From positions 4,340,001-4,404,000 of the forward strand of contig CM120649.1 in assembly GCA_051362555.1 (NCBI GenBank): a stretch of DNA of 64,000 bases, read 5' to 3'. Positions 36,698 through 51,147 of the stretch are shown here, one piece after another (the first letter of the stretch is position 1; every line of letters begins with the position of its first letter). The notes below the pieces were generated by a model. That model was given only the letters and a program-made list of their open reading frames with translations, was not told the origin of the DNA and did not search any database. The stretch comes from Lingula anatina. Lineage: Eukaryota > Animalia > Brachiopoda. The position numbers and the translations under genes are program-made.

Positions 36698-37612
36698 AGC
36701 CTCGGTCACAACCGGACGCACGACTTTCATGATCGTACGTCCTCTGCGATTTTTGGGTGTTGCGGAGGCCGTGGAGTTCGTAGAGGTAGAGGAAAGTCTG
36801 CCTTGCGAGTCGCAAGGGCCACATGAGATGTCCTTTTAAGCAGGGACGCTAATTGCAAGGAGGGATGGCCGTGGAGATTGTACTTATTTCTTGAGTTTGT
36901 CTTGCTTCCTGTGTGCGTGGCACACACTCACCACTTACGAGGGGAATGCAACGCACGGCGAAAGTAGTGCTCTTTTCCGTCAGTTTTGCTTCACACTTGC
37001 CTCACACGTTTGTGGTAACGTACTGACGGCGTACGTCAGTTTTGCTTCCTGTTCTCCTCTTCTTTCTTCTTCCTCTTCCCTTTTTTCCTGCTATGTAAGC
37101 TTCTTTCTCTTGCCTTTTGGAGGCATATTAGAAAGTAAATCGAGCTAAAATTTGAAAATTTTGAAAATTGTTGTACACGTAACACAGTCGACGTTCATTG
37201 TAAAGACAAGAGCGTGCGTCGTGAGCACGCCTTTTATACACCAGGCGTGGGGGTGACGCACGTGCGACGCATTCCCGGTGTTCTCTCGACTTTGTTCGTT
37301 AGTTGTGAGGGCGTGCGCCTTACTCAACACGCAAAGGGCACTTGCTCCTTCATTGCTTGCGACGTGCGTCTTGCACAACGCGCGTCTCTCTTGCTAACTC
37401 CGTGCGAGAGGAGCAAGTTACGCTTGCGGCCTCGCTGTTCGCAGGCTATTCGTAGAATCTTTTGGACATGTCCAACAACCTCCGTACGTGCTTACGGGCT
37501 GTCTGCGAACTCGAAATTTCGTAAGAAGGACTTGCGTGGGACGTGAGATTCCGCGCAAAATTTGGACGCAAACAGCCCGTAAGAGCCCGTACGGCCGGTT
37601 GTGACCAAGGCT
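36698..37612. mobile_element. Non-autonomous Harbinger element, 915 bp
   Basis: TIR agcctcggtcacaaccggacgcacg / cgtacggccggttgtgaccaaggct, perfect TTA target duplication, CpG-rich interior, and a decayed minus-strand ORF start MPPKGKRKKLT* near 37126. Confidence 0.85.
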
Positions 37613-38220
37613 TTACAAAAGGGCGTTTCATGTTGCTACCACCAGCTCTCTGTATAAAGAAAGATCAAATATGCACATGTTGCATGAAAGGATTGTCACT
37701 GTGTCACACAACAATAGCGTGTAAGGATATAACAATAGCGTGTAAGGAGCTATTTTCTGACAGTCTTCCAAATTATCTTTTAAGATAATTAATTAAATTG
37801 ATCCATCCTCCGTGTTCGACCCTATATTATAGCTGATCACACAGTTCACAGTCGATGCGTCATAAGTCTTGCTTTCACCGGTCTGTCTTTCTGGTCGAGC
37901 AGACAGCGGGTTGCCTGTCAATAATACATGTATAATCATGATGCAGTGGAGTGGCAACTAGACAGTGTTACTCACTATAAATGCACTTCAAATCAAAGAT
38001 GGACATCTAAAAGGGATTTTGATAAACGATACAAGTAACACCTGTACAAAAGTATATTTTTGTGAAACCTCTTCAATTTACTATCACTACATGCACAATA
38101 TCAACCTGATGCAGGGAAGGTGTAGAATGCTACCACAGGCAATAATGTCAGCGGGGTATCTAATATAAAACCTTTTATTTACAAATAAAGGGTTTTGTAT
38201 TAGATACCCCTTTATTTACA

Positions 38221-38276
<56 letters not shown>
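38221..38276. repeat. (AAT)n microsatellite
   Basis: Direct reading. Confidence 0.9.
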
Positions 38277-41200
38277 GTTTATTGAGCGCTAAATGATAGG
38301 AATACATTTGCAGGCTCTCTAGACTACATTATTTACACAATATATAAGGATATACATTTATATATGTTTACATATGTAGTATACTTAATTACACATGTGT
38401 TAATGCATGTTATGCTTTAAAATTAATTAAGCTATTCACAGCATTATCAACAATTACTGGCTGTAGTAAGACTACGGAAAAATCTCTTTTTTTCAAAAAC
38501 CAAACGGATTTTACTTCAGAAGGGCACAGGGACCGTTTTACTGTACATAAAGTCAGGGTGTCATAGTCTATTTGTCACGGAACATTGGGGTTCATACCAA
38601 TAATAAAATCTACCTGTGGAATGCCAACTTAAGTGAGCCTGCATCATGATGTTCACTTCGCACATCAAATTATAGATTAATACCTAGGGCGCATTATGAT
38701 TTGAGATGCAGGTGACACCTGTACAACAGCAAAAAAAAAAAAAAAAAGTTTCATGCAGCTTTTTAAAATGTAAAGAAAGATACAAGTAGGGCACGTTTTA
38801 GCACGATTCTCACGTTACACCACGATAGCGAGTTCATGTAAGGAGAGAACTGATTACACTGTACATGGTTTAGGTACATTGTATAATAAACGTTGCTTTC
38901 ATTGTTCTGTATGATAAAGATAAAAGCAACACATTACGGGAAGAGAACATCGCTGCATGATTTCGATAAGCATGGAGGCACACGTACTGTGTACATACTC
39001 AACTCTACAGGTAGCCTACATGACAAAGCGGGCAAGCATTGGGTTTGACGGATTTGAAGGATACCTTATGAAGGACTCAATTTCCCATCAATGTTTGACA
39101 ATAAGCCGCAAGACTGACCCTCCTATAGCTTCCACGCAGGGGGAATATTGATGTTTGTTAATTTATCCGTCTTTACTTGCAACCCATTGTGTCTTGTATT
39201 TGCCTTAGACCTTATTCACGGCTGAGCCAAGGCCAAACGAAAGCGAGGCTTAGAACACAAACAAACGGCCGCACATCACCGCTGTGTACTACATGTGTGT
39301 TGAACGGATGACCAAGAAATACGTTTAGCATCTGGGCAGGCCGGTATGACAGGTATGGTAGTCCGCAAGGAACCGTAGTCCGTTCCACATTAGTTTGTAG
39401 GCCTACAGGTGACGTTCGTCCCATATACTAACCGCAATACTCCGCCGAACCCTAGCCTGTAGGGCCTACTAATCATAGGGGACCCTGGACGTCCATTCCT
39501 ACATGTGGGACTTTCTTTCCAATTTGTTGCTCAATTATTCCTTATTGATGTCCAGCTTTTAAGAGTTTTAGTGTCGGGACATGCAGTGAAAGTAAGCTCA
39601 TTACCTGTGCTATATTTAATGGGTAGGCCTACATTTGGGACGAAGAAACCCAATGTATGTAGTTACTAGGTTCAAGTACTATTTTTAGTACAGTGTGTGG
39701 AAAAGATAGAGTGTCAGGATTATCAACGAACTACATGTAAACACACTTTCGTCTTGTGTGGTCAACACTCTTACATTTGACATCGGTTTCAGACACGATT
39801 GCAAACAAACTGACAGCTCTAATCCAAATGGGGTCACTTATGCATGGCCAGAAATGTGCAGCATTTACGCGATACGCGAGGGCGCAACAGTAGGGCTTCA
39901 CGTGACTCAACTAACCAATCACAGCACAAGAATGGCATCGCACACAGACTCTGTGATAAGTGCTCAGCCCATTGTCAAGTAGTGTTAGTTCATGGTAACA
40001 AGCGTCTGATATGTGCAGAGAAGTTTATTATTATAATATATATTGTACTTATTGTTACATTATTAAATCTAACTCTGTATCCAAGTAGTAACTATATACT
40101 GTACCAAGTCAGGTACTGATGATGTACAGAGGTCATATATTCCAGAATAAGCCATTACCACTGATATATAACTTTCATTTTTGTTTAATGTGTTATTCAT
40201 GAAAGAGTTCATGAAAGATTATTTTAATTTGTTAAATCGTGATCTTATTCTTTTTATATTCAAATAATTGAATACTGTGGGTAAAATTGGTCTTCCACTT
40301 CTTATTTGCATTTTTCCTTTACTACAAGATTATTTTGGAACAGTTGCAGCATTAAAAATTTAAATAAATAGCAATCTGAAAGAAGAATTTTGCATAATTA
40401 TTAAATGATGATAGGAATTTTGGATTAAGATATTAGTTAAATACTGAGTAGTGATATGGTCAGCCAATTTATGTAGAATCTGATAATATGATTGAAAATA
40501 CTGATTGAATTCTTGGCCTTGCACTGGGCAGTTTTACATTTGTGCCAAGTGCTCTTTTTGGACTCCATTGTACAGTGGTAAAAAATCTTCAATTGCCATG
40601 AATTTTTTTAATCAGACTCTGTATGTTACTGCTATCAGCTGGTGCTATCGGCAACGAATTAATTTCCCTTTGTTTCTGAGTGAATCTACCGTCTAAAATC
40701 ACTATAACTGAAAATATTTGCGTTTTGCTGAGGGTAGTCTAGGCAATATACGGCAAACTTCTTAGTACGTATGTACAACAGAATTTTTTTAAAAACCCTA
40801 GCGATATTTGGTCAGGAGTTGCTTGAAGCATAGCACAGCGTTGCTGTCTATCGGCATCAGTCCGTTAGTTTGTCAATTCTCACGAATTACCCACGAATCG
40901 CGAACCCATTCATTTTCCTATGGCAATCTAGCAACTCATCAAAAATGCACGCATGCGCAGTGGACTAGGCGTGACGTCATGCAGTGCATTTCTGGGGATG
41001 GGTAGACGCTCTTATTTTGTCTGGTGGACGGAGTAATCTAAGGGTCAGGTAGAAAGGCATTTTAAAGGTACAGGATCGCGATAATAGGTAATTTGACTGT
41101 GACAAGAGGCGAGATGCTAAAAGGAATGATATAGGCCTAACTGCAGGTTTGTCAAACAAGACATGCAACAGTTTACTCAGACTTGTATACTGCTTTATGA

Positions 41201-42524
41201 TAAGTGGGGTTCTTATTTGGTCTATATTAAGCTTGATTATTGATTTTGACCGTCTGAGATGCATGTTTGCTCTTGTCTTTGTGTCAATCGAGATTTGTTT
41301 TTACAAAACAATATAAAATCCAAATTAATAATAATAAAATAGAAGAAAAAAATTAAGGGGATATTTATAATCATTTTATTGTTTTGGCGAATTGATTCTA
41401 AAGCTCGAACAGAACGAGAACTGCCTTTACTTTGCCCATTGTGAGTCTTAATTGATGGAATTTTTTTACCAGTTAGTACGTACGTATTTTTGCTTTGACC
41501 CAGGTCATTTCTTGTATCAAAGTCCAAGTTTCATATAACATTTTCTTGTAGTTGTTAACTGTATTTTGGAAATAATGATGTTACATTTGTTGATTTTGTT
41601 TTAAAATTCATGAATCAACTAATACAGGTATCAAAGGTGTTTACACGTGGCAGAAGGAAAATAGTGAGAGACAAGTCTTATCATCTCAGGACGCCCTATA
41701 TTTTGACTTACAAGGACATGTTTGTTTAAGTCTAACAGAGACATTGATCAAACACAACATTGGCAATATAAACTGTAATCAAATGAAATGTTTAAACAGC
41801 TGAGGTAAAACAATCAGTCGAAACGTGTTTCTTTTCCTTACAAACGCATTAATAAAACGCGATCTGGACATATGTAGGCCTACTCTTCACAAATGAAAAG
41901 TTTAAACAAGAGAGCCGATCACGGGGCAGCAATATAGAAAAGCAACCCCAAGGCATTCCTTCTTTGTTATTCTAGGTGTAAGAACATGATACATTCGTGA
42001 ATCTCCCAAAGGATGGGATAAACAGATTATAGATTTTAGATCGATCTATCCCCGTGGGGAGTCTCACTAGATTACTGTCAGATGATCCGGTGTGGCATGA
42101 TAGACCCGTTCCGTGAGAAAATCGTTCTGCACATGCGCATTAAGGGTAGATTGCAAGAAGGAACTTCCCGTATGACGATGTTGTCCTAAGTAGGCGCTAT
42201 GTTTGCACTGAACTATGAGCTTTCAATTCATAATTCAGTGGTTTTCGTCATGAGAGAGTATGTATTTGATAATCTTATAACTATACGGGGTGGATGTTGG
42301 AAATGAGCTTTTGATCGTGACTGAACTGTTTTGCTCTGTGAGAAAAACGTGGTAGATCTAAGACTCGTAGTTAAATGTTTTCACTCTACAATGTTCTTTC
42401 AATTCAGAGTTAAGTTATAAACTGCCTTCGATTCTTCTCAAGACCCAGCTGCGATGTTTTTGTTGTACTACTACCTCTTCCAACTGAAATTCATCTCTAT
42501 GACACTTTTTAATGCCTTCCCAGA

Positions 42525-45500
42525 ATGATGGATACAGCTGCGGTGCTAAGCTGGCTTACTTTGAAGACGGTATTGGTCGGGGTCGCGGTGTTCCTGTTGG
42601 TGATGTCATATCTACAGAGGAAGAAGTACAAACTGCCACCTGGACCTCCACAGCTGCCGATACTGGGGAACTACTTGGGTAAGAAGAAAATTGAATGACA
42701 TTTTGCTTTTAGGGGCTGGTTGTAAATTACGGGGGGGGGGGGGATCTCATAGGAGCAAATGGCACCCTCACTTATTTGCCACCAAACTCCATGCCCCACC
42801 CTTAAACACCCTTAAAAAAATGCCCGACCCCCAGTACAGGCCTACCCAACTACCAGACTCGACACCGAATGATCCCGAATTCATCGGGAGATCAGATCAC
42901 ACTACCCGTTTTCAAGGTGTAAGCATTTCACAGTATCATACCCCTGAACAAATTTTGAGTTGAGATGCATATCGCTATGTCACATCTCGTACTGATCGAG
43001 AGCGGTGTCGCGTCTGATACTTCTAAGCGCGTACTGACATACACCTTGAAAACGGGTAGTGTGGTCTGATCTACTGGTGAATTCATATCAGGATCATTCG
43101 GTGCCGAGTCTGGTAGCTGGGTAGAACTGCAGAAGTTACTGGTTGACCTTGAACCCTTTTCGACTTATCCCGAGAATGTGCAACTATATTTTATATGATT
43201 TGAATGTGTTTTACGTTATTTAAATAGCTTAATATTATGTTTTATAACCACAAGAAACCGTTGTTGTTTGTCTTCAACCCGCACGTTAAAAAAAGAAGAA
43301 CCAGATGTTGTTGTACATGTAAGACCTCTATCAGGCTTTATTATTTCAAGTGTATTATAGTTACAAATTGTTTTCAAAAAACGATGTTGTTGCCAAAAAT
43401 AATGCTTCATTAATTTGTGGCCCACTCTTAATGCATGGCTGAATTTTTTGGCCCATACCTTTTTGCACGCTCAGAAATTGTGACCCCCCTAACTATTATC
43501 CGCCCGCTGAATTTTTTGACCAGTCCATAATATACAATTTCAAGATTTGTACAGGTAGCTGTTTTCGCTTGCACACATAAAAAACTGCCAAACTATCTTC
43601 TCAAAAAATGTTCTAAACGGATGTTTATATTTTATTTCAGCATTTAGGAAGGACAAGCGCATGTTCTCAGTATTCACGAAGATGGCGAAGACGCACGGCG
43701 ATATATTTACAGTGAACTTAGGTCGGTTCCATTCTGTGTTAACATAATTACTTTCGTACAAGTCTGTTGGTTTACACAATAAATTTTCTGGTGTACTGTT
43801 ATTTCAAGTATGATATCCAATGTGCCTTCTAGCAAAGCCATAAGCCGTAATATAGTGAGATGACATTGATTTAAAACATGCAGCATCTAGTTAAATATTA
43901 GTCCAATATTGAGTCGACGTGTGAAAGTCTAAATAATGGATTTGAATATATGTTCCGCGACCACAAGCAAGTACATTCCCAGTACTGTCTGTTAAGCGTG
44001 ATGCATGGTCTTCGAATTTATAACGTCAGTGGTTCTTTAAATTCCTTAACAAAATGGCGGATCTTATCCACTATCCAAGGCGTTTGCTTTAAGGTAGGGG
44101 GGCTACCTTAGTTTTAAGGAAGGGCTACAGAGTAGGCCTACTTAATTTCAATTCAATTTTTTACAGCGTATATTCGTACTACAGTACATCATAGATGTTC
44201 TATAGGGGAAATATAATATGCTAAGAGCTCACCCCATTGAAATCATCGGTCTACGTAGATCGACCGAACTCTGCGGGGACTCTCGCTGAAAGCAGTTAGT
44301 CTAACATTAACAGGTTACCACGCCTCATGTTGTTTCCAACGTACTCGTATAAATACCGTATAAATACCAGCTTTTCTACCCAACGCCAGGAGAAGGCGTG
44401 GTAATCTGTAAAACTCACTGCGTTCATAGAAAGTCCTCGCGGAGTTGAAACTGTGTACTCAGACCGATAGGTTCTATGGGAATGGGTCTTTAATTGCTGA
44501 AACCATTGCTTTTTATTGAGTACTTTTATCTATAATAACGTACATGTGCCTTAATATACTTCCCTCAGTTAATGTCTTTAATAATAAATAATTAAAATTT
44601 ATCTATTAACATCAGGTTTTGGCCAAACGGTGATCGTACTCCATTCAGCGGATATTGTGCACGAGGCACTGGTGGAGCAAAGAGAGGTCTTTGCAGGCAG
44701 GGATGATAGATTTTGGTCGTGTAAGTATGGTTGATAAGGAAAGTTGCAGACATAGAACTGTACTACGTTTACATCAAACCTATAGACTCTTATGATGATT
44801 GGCGAAAGATGCCAGCTAATTTATCGAACAGTTAATCGCTAAGTTAAATCCATTACACTACCGATATTCCATTTCAGATAATTCGGTGCAGTTATTGTTT
44901 TCAGTTCATGGATTTTAGATTTTCGAGTTTTTGTTTTAGACGTTTTTAAATTCGATTACAGTCTGCTATCTATTGTTTATCGTATTTAGTTATCACAAAA
45001 AACATATATGTATCTGTGATATCACAAGGATATGTTATTTATTTTCTGCAGTTGAATTGATGTCAGGGGGATATAAAGACATCATATTCGCTAATTATGG
45101 ACACCTATGGACCATGCAAAGGAGAATGGCTATGAAAGCATTCAGGTACAGCAATAAGTCTTGTCAGACTGATAAACTTTTGGAAATGGAAAAAATAAAC
45201 AATGATGATTTAAAAACGTGTGCATTCTACTGTAACGTGTTGTTACAGAAGGTACTAGAATCCGACATTGGTCCTCCAGAGACAAAAAAAAAAAAAAAAA
45301 AAAAAAAAAATCAGTTGTGATTAACCATTCCCCATTTCTAACCCAAGATCAATGCGTTTTATCATTCTCTACTGTAAATAGGTAAACGTCTATGTGGTAG
45401 TGTGTCTACTTTTCAGGACGTACATAGCCGGTGATAAACTAGAGCAACTTGCAAAATCTTCTTTTGGGGAAGTCGCCATGTTGTTGGAAAAAGAAACGGA

Positions 45501-48500
45501 ACCTTTGGATTTGTCCCAATATATTCGCCTGACGGTTTATAATGTCATCTGCAGGATGACCTATGGGAAAAGGTGCCTTCTAAATCTCATTTCAAAGTAG
45601 TATTGTCTCTTCTCATTTTAAAGAAAAGTTCACACTTTAGGGTTAAGGAAGTAAGGTGAAAACCCGATCTTTATTTTTAAGAAAATAACTTGGCATCAAC
45701 TTAATGTTTGTGAGCAACTATGTATGTTAGTAACTGTTGTCTTAAGGTGTGTAAAAAGTTGGAGGTGTTTTCAATTGGCATATTTTTTGTTAAATGAGAA
45801 GGTACAGGGAGTATAATAAATAATTTCAGCTACAAAATCGATGACCCTGAGTTTGTTTGGCTAAAAAATAAAATGGACGAAATGGATAAGCTGTTTACAG
45901 ACTTCTTGCCGGCTGATCTTGTACCTTTTTTGAAATATGTGCCAATCAAGTCAACACTGGATGCAAAGCGGATATTGAAAGAAATGATCGATTTCCAAGC
46001 TGTACAGGTCAAGGAGCACAAATCAACCTTGGCAGCAGGTATTTACTTAGCATTAAACCCTCGTACCAACAATACTGCATATCCTGTAATGCTAGTAATA
46101 TGCATCTTTGTAAGTTCCATAAACATTGTATTGTACAAGATTTAAAGGGCATATGGGCATGGATAGCATGCTGGCTTTAAGGTGATTATCTGTTTTTCAG
46201 GCCAGGCAAGAGACATTACAGACCAACTGCTGCTGGCACGCCAAGAGCTGGAGGCGGAGAGCGACGGATCCCTGAAGGAGACTTTAACAGACAAACATAT
46301 CATTCAGACCATTCTAGACGTGTTTCTTGGTACATTTCAATATTTGCATTCCATGTCTTAACACGTATATGCATGAATTTCCATTGAATTGTTTGCCGTT
46401 CTTTGGCAAATAAAACTTTATCTGATTTGCTGCATTGGTCCCATTTTGCAATAAAAAATCCAGCAACCACTAGCAATTGGAATCCATGCCTGCAGAGAGC
46501 CAGTTTATTTTGTAGCCTCTCATTAGAACACATTCAGCTGGTTCTCCGAAAGCATATTGAAGTATTATTCTCTATATTTCTAGCTGGGGTTCATACGTCA
46601 ACAGAAACACTGAAATGGATCATGCTGTATGTTGCAGACAACCCGGAAGTACAGGAGAAGATGCACCAGGAAATAAGTGGAGTTTTAGGTAAGGTCTCTC
46701 CCTACCTTCGCTCTCTCTCTCTCTCTCCGTCTCACACACACAAACAAACTTAGATCGGATTGTATCGGTTTCTACATGTATCTCTGAAATAAGAAATAAA
46801 AAAAAAGAAAAACTCACAGTTACAAAGAATAAGTGGAGTTTTGGGTGAGAACTCTTCTTGCCTTTGCTCTCTCTCTCTCACACAAACAAACAAACAGATC
46901 GGATTGTATCGGTTTCTACATGTATCTCTGAAATAAAAAAGAAAAAAAAAAACTTACAGATGTAAAGAAAGACTTACTAAAATAAAATTTATTCCATTTA
47001 CCAACATGTATGCTCTGTTTGGTCATTGCATTTTTGCAAAAGTGCTAGTTCACATTACAAACTGTTATGATTAAAATAATAATAATATTAAAGATAATGA
47101 TAATAATTTTTACCATAAGGTCAATATATGATATAACGGTTCTTACCTACTAAAAAGCTTCAACTTTATCTATGGTCTGTGCCGTTATATGTAGGGAAAA
47201 TGATTTTTTTCGGATATTTCAAACCTGTTGAGCACTATGCATACATGGAAACAAAGTGACAAGTCATGCTTTTCTCAGATGTGAAGTGAAAATGATGGAT
47301 ATGAAACAAATGTTTAGCAATTTTTTTCGTTTTTTTTATCGACAACAACTTAAATTTACAATCTCCTAAATTTGTATTTGCTTTCAATACTTCGCCCAGA
47401 GGACGACCTAGACGGCCTGCGTCACTGTAAATCCAAGCTGCCATATTGCGAGGCAGTTCTCCGCGAAGTTATGCGCATGCGTCCAGTGGCTCCAGTGGCC
47501 CTCGCGCACCAAACGATTCGAGACTCAAAAATAGGTAAACTGCTCGTGCACGTCACGAGCGTGTTTGAGTGCGTGTTTGTGTGTGTTTGGGGCTGTTCTT
47601 GATTATGTAATAGTGCAATTATCCTTGCATGAGAATTTTAGTGAATCTTTACGAGAGCGCATATGTGTGTACTTATGTGTCTTGGTATACATGTGCGTGC
47701 ATCTGAGCGTGACTCCATGGTTACCAAATAATTTTAAATATGTAGATGACTATGCAGACCACGTGTATGGTATATCATTCAAATGTATTTTAAGTTGAAA
47801 GAAAGGGTGCCTTGTTGAGTGTAAAAAGAAAATCTTATGTCATAGTAAAACAATGAAGCATATTTTGATGGTTACATTTGCAATGTTATCATGTTATCAT
47901 TCTTTTTAACAATTAGGCGGTTACGACCTGCCAAAGGGGACATTGGTATTTCCAAATGTATGGGGGATACACCATAATCCCAGAAATTGGGAGTCGCCAG
48001 AAGTTTTCAAACCAGAGCGATTTTTGGACAAAGATGGGAACCTGAAACCGATTGATACCAAGATATGGTTGCCGTTCTCCTCTGGGAAGAGGAAATGTGC
48101 CGGCGAAGGTCTGGCCAAAGCTGATATCATGATGATTATGGTACGTAGACATTACGTTTGGCCACACCACATTTCCGCTATAACAAACACAAAAATAATA
48201 GGATTAAAAGAATTATTCCATGAATATAAAGAAATAGGAAGAAAAAACATGTTGTCTTGGTTCATGTAAATTTCCATTTTCAAGTGCAAATCATGTTGGT
48301 CCAGAAATGTAACCACTTTGCCTAGGAATAGGAACGTTATAGATGGTAACTGCAAAAGTAAATACTGGTATCCAGTAAGGAAAGGGCAATTAAACTTCAT
48401 AAACCATCCTCTAGCTTTAACAAAGTTAAATACATCTTTATTACTGCATGTCAATATGAAAAATATCATAAAATAGATTTGATTTATTATTGTTGTAAAA

Positions 48501-48715
48501 TAATTCCAGAAACTATATAGATTATTGTATAAAAGTATCGATTGCCCTTTGAATCTTTGCTTTTTTATCCTATTTTTCAGGCCATGTTTTTCCAGCGGTT
48601 CAAAGTAAGTTTTCCTCCAGGACAGAAACCGGATTTCGAACCTGTTATGGCCTTCTTTGACTGCCTCTCAGCGCCGCAGAAGTTGATCATAGAAAAAAGG
48701 AAAACTGTTTCTTAG
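42525..48715 (+). CDS. Cytochrome P450, clan 2 (CYP17-like), array copy 3; 11 exons, 508 aa
   Basis: Exons 42525-42678, 43641-43721, 44616-44720, 45052-45145, 45417-45572, 45830-46038, 46201-46329, 46584-46688, 47400-47534, 47917-48140, 48581-48715; total 1527 nt. WTMQR, I-helix AGVHTS, EVMR, PERF, haem FSSGKRKCAG. Confidence 0.92.
42842..43124. mobile_element. Fold-back MITE with ~80-bp inverted arms, within a larger insertion (about 42710-43530) in copy 3 intron 1
   Basis: ctacccaactaccagactcgacaccgaatgatcc...actacccgttttcaaggtgta pairs with tacaccttgaaaacgggtagt...ggatcattcggtgccgagtctggtagctgggtag. Copy 4 intron 1 is only about 130 bp. Confidence 0.75.
44225..44489. mobile_element. Harbinger-like MITE (family C-related) in copy 3 intron 2
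   Basis: Imperfect TIRs; shares aactctgc.g.gactctcgctgaa.gca with 15904-16107; homologous remnant in copy 4 intron 2. Confidence 0.6.
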
Positions 48716-49790
48716 AAGATCAAAAAAAAAAAAAAAAAAAATAGAATGGGACAATTGGGTGTTGAATTCATAGTGATGGACATTCAAAGCAAAAATATGA
48801 CGATACGTTATGATTCTGACATACTGATGATAAAGTTACAAAACATTTTGAAGGAAAAAGCTTGTCCCATCAATGGGCATGATACCAAACATTCTAAAAA
48901 TAGGCCGCCGCCAGGGTACGACGTCATATGAGACTTGGAAAAATCGAAAATCCGTGTGAAGTGGGGTTTGCTTTTATTCAATTCAAATAAAACAACATGC
49001 GTCCATTATATCGTCTTTGATATTATAACAGGTAATGCTGTACCAAAGTGACACATGGCACATGATGAATATTTGCACTGCTGTGCAATAGAATAATTTG
49101 GCAGTTCTTGAGAGAAACCGATCAGAAAAATATCCTCAGATAATTATACCCCAAAATGGATTTTTTTAATGGAGAAATTTTGATTAATCCACTTTTAAAT
49201 TGACTCTACAAATTTTACAGTAATTGCATTTTTTTGTGCTAAAAGAAATAAGGCTGTTCTACCTATATTCTTTTCTGTGTGCAAATAAGGCTGTTTTTTA
49301 ATCTAGAATTGATTATTTTTTCTTAACAAACATATTTTAATTATTTACTGTAAGTGCTTTTATGTGAGAATCCGTATGTTTTATCTAGAATACTTTTAAT
49401 TTTTTGTCGTTATGCTCTGTAATTTTTCATTTATCTATTCCTAATAATTGGTATCTTAAGTAATTTTTTTATGTACAGTATATGTAAAGTCTTCTGAATA
49501 TGTTATAAAGGATTTTAGACTCAAAATAAATGTATTATTATTATAATTTATTATTAGACTATTAAATTTTTCATTTCTCAGTTAAAAGGGAAACATCAAA
49601 AATATAATGATTTGGATAATTATTCCATTTTAAATTGTAAGGGTGTATATGCGAATATATAAAATTTTAATTACTAATAAGTGGTTTTTCACCTAGAGAT
49701 TATAAAAACTAAAATAAACAATTGAATATTATAATATTTATGAATTGGGCCTAAAGATAAGATACTGCAATGGGATAAAACTAGTTAACA

Positions 49791-51147
49791 ACTACTTGTT
49801 TCCCTTTTAAGTCAGATGTCTACTATTGCTGGGTAAGAATTTAAAAAAAAAAAATCCCGGATGGGTGTGATCCACCGTAACACGTTAATGTTTTGCGTTT
49901 CAGCTATTTTAAATGATATAATTCAGCTCATCACTGTCACTCTTAATTTTCCGATCCGATAGAGAGATTTGCATATCTCTATGCGGTGGTTTATAATGTG
50001 ACTAAGTTTTTGATGAGCAGGACACTGACATATGATTAGTTGTGATACAGATAAAAGTACCGCGCGACGGGAAGGATCTTAAAACTCGCTGTAATTCCGA
50101 TAAGCATGGCGTGCACGTATATGACACAGAACATGATGAAGCTGGCATGCAGTGAATTTGAAGCTCGGGTTGTCAAAAAGGACTTTCCTATCAATGTTTG
50201 ACAACAAGCCACAAGACTGATCCTCCTTTACACTCCAGGTACACACTGACGTTAGGGAACTATAAGTAATTCGTCTTTGCCCACGACCCACCGTGCCCTG
50301 TATTATCTTATCAATTGACCTTGTCATTTGACGTGGGTTTCAGACACGATGACAAACAAACTGGTAGTTCTAGTCCAAATGAGGTTATTTATGGTAGACG
50401 TCCTTATTTCACATACACTTGTGTCTGGCACGAGGAGATATTAGGGACAAGTGAAAGGGCGATTCAAAGGCATTGATTGTGAAGAGAGGTAAGTTTATGA
50501 TATATGTGTAGTATATTAAAGGGAAATATAACTGTGAATCCATCGAACAGGCGGTCAACAGTTTCATCAGACTTGTATAATACCATATTAGAAGTAACGT
50601 TCTTACGGGTATTTGATCTAAATTAATCCTGATAATTGATTTTGACATTCTGGAAGGCCCTTTTCTTTCTTTTTGCTATGTGCTTGTTTCGATCAATTAA
50701 AGCGCTTCGTGCTTTATTAGAATTAGTGTTAATTCACACAAGGTAATTATAGGCTCAAAAAATTATATAAGTAACATAAATTGAGCCTCTCAATTTAACG
50801 GCGTTTGCGAGGGTGGGCCATTACAGACAAAACTGACCGCCTATAGGTCGGCGTTAAGGTATACATATAGGGGACCATTGTTTATTTGTAGTAGAATACA
50901 ATTTATTTCCCGTTTACTGCGGTTAATATAACAATAAATCAATTTTGGCGACTGTTTTGATACGTTGCTTTCATGTATGGTTGGAAAACCAACGAAAATA
51001 CTAACAAATATAAAAAGAATAAAAAAAGATGGGGAAAAAATCAAAGGGAAATACAGTGTGTAATTATTTCCTGAATTAATTACAGAACTCTACCATCACT
51101 ATGATCTGTATCTAAATTTATAATTTCTGATCACTGAGAAGCCATGC
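49791..51147 (+). repeat. Intergenic segment of the P450 duplication unit, repeated at 61556-64000 and in pieces at 38960-41250
   Basis: Collinear similarity from actacttg..cttt.aagtcag to ctgagaagccat. Confidence 0.88.

Noticed and set aside
36629-37788. Cluster of overlapping short ORFs in a CpG-rich island as a gene
   Set aside because: It lies mostly inside a TIR-bounded non-autonomous Harbinger; high GC explains the open frames.
22579-48715. Naming the P450s CYP17A1
   Set aside because: Similarity is clan-level only. The 11-exon structure and altered I-helix do not support orthology or 17-alpha-hydroxylase activity without a phylogeny.
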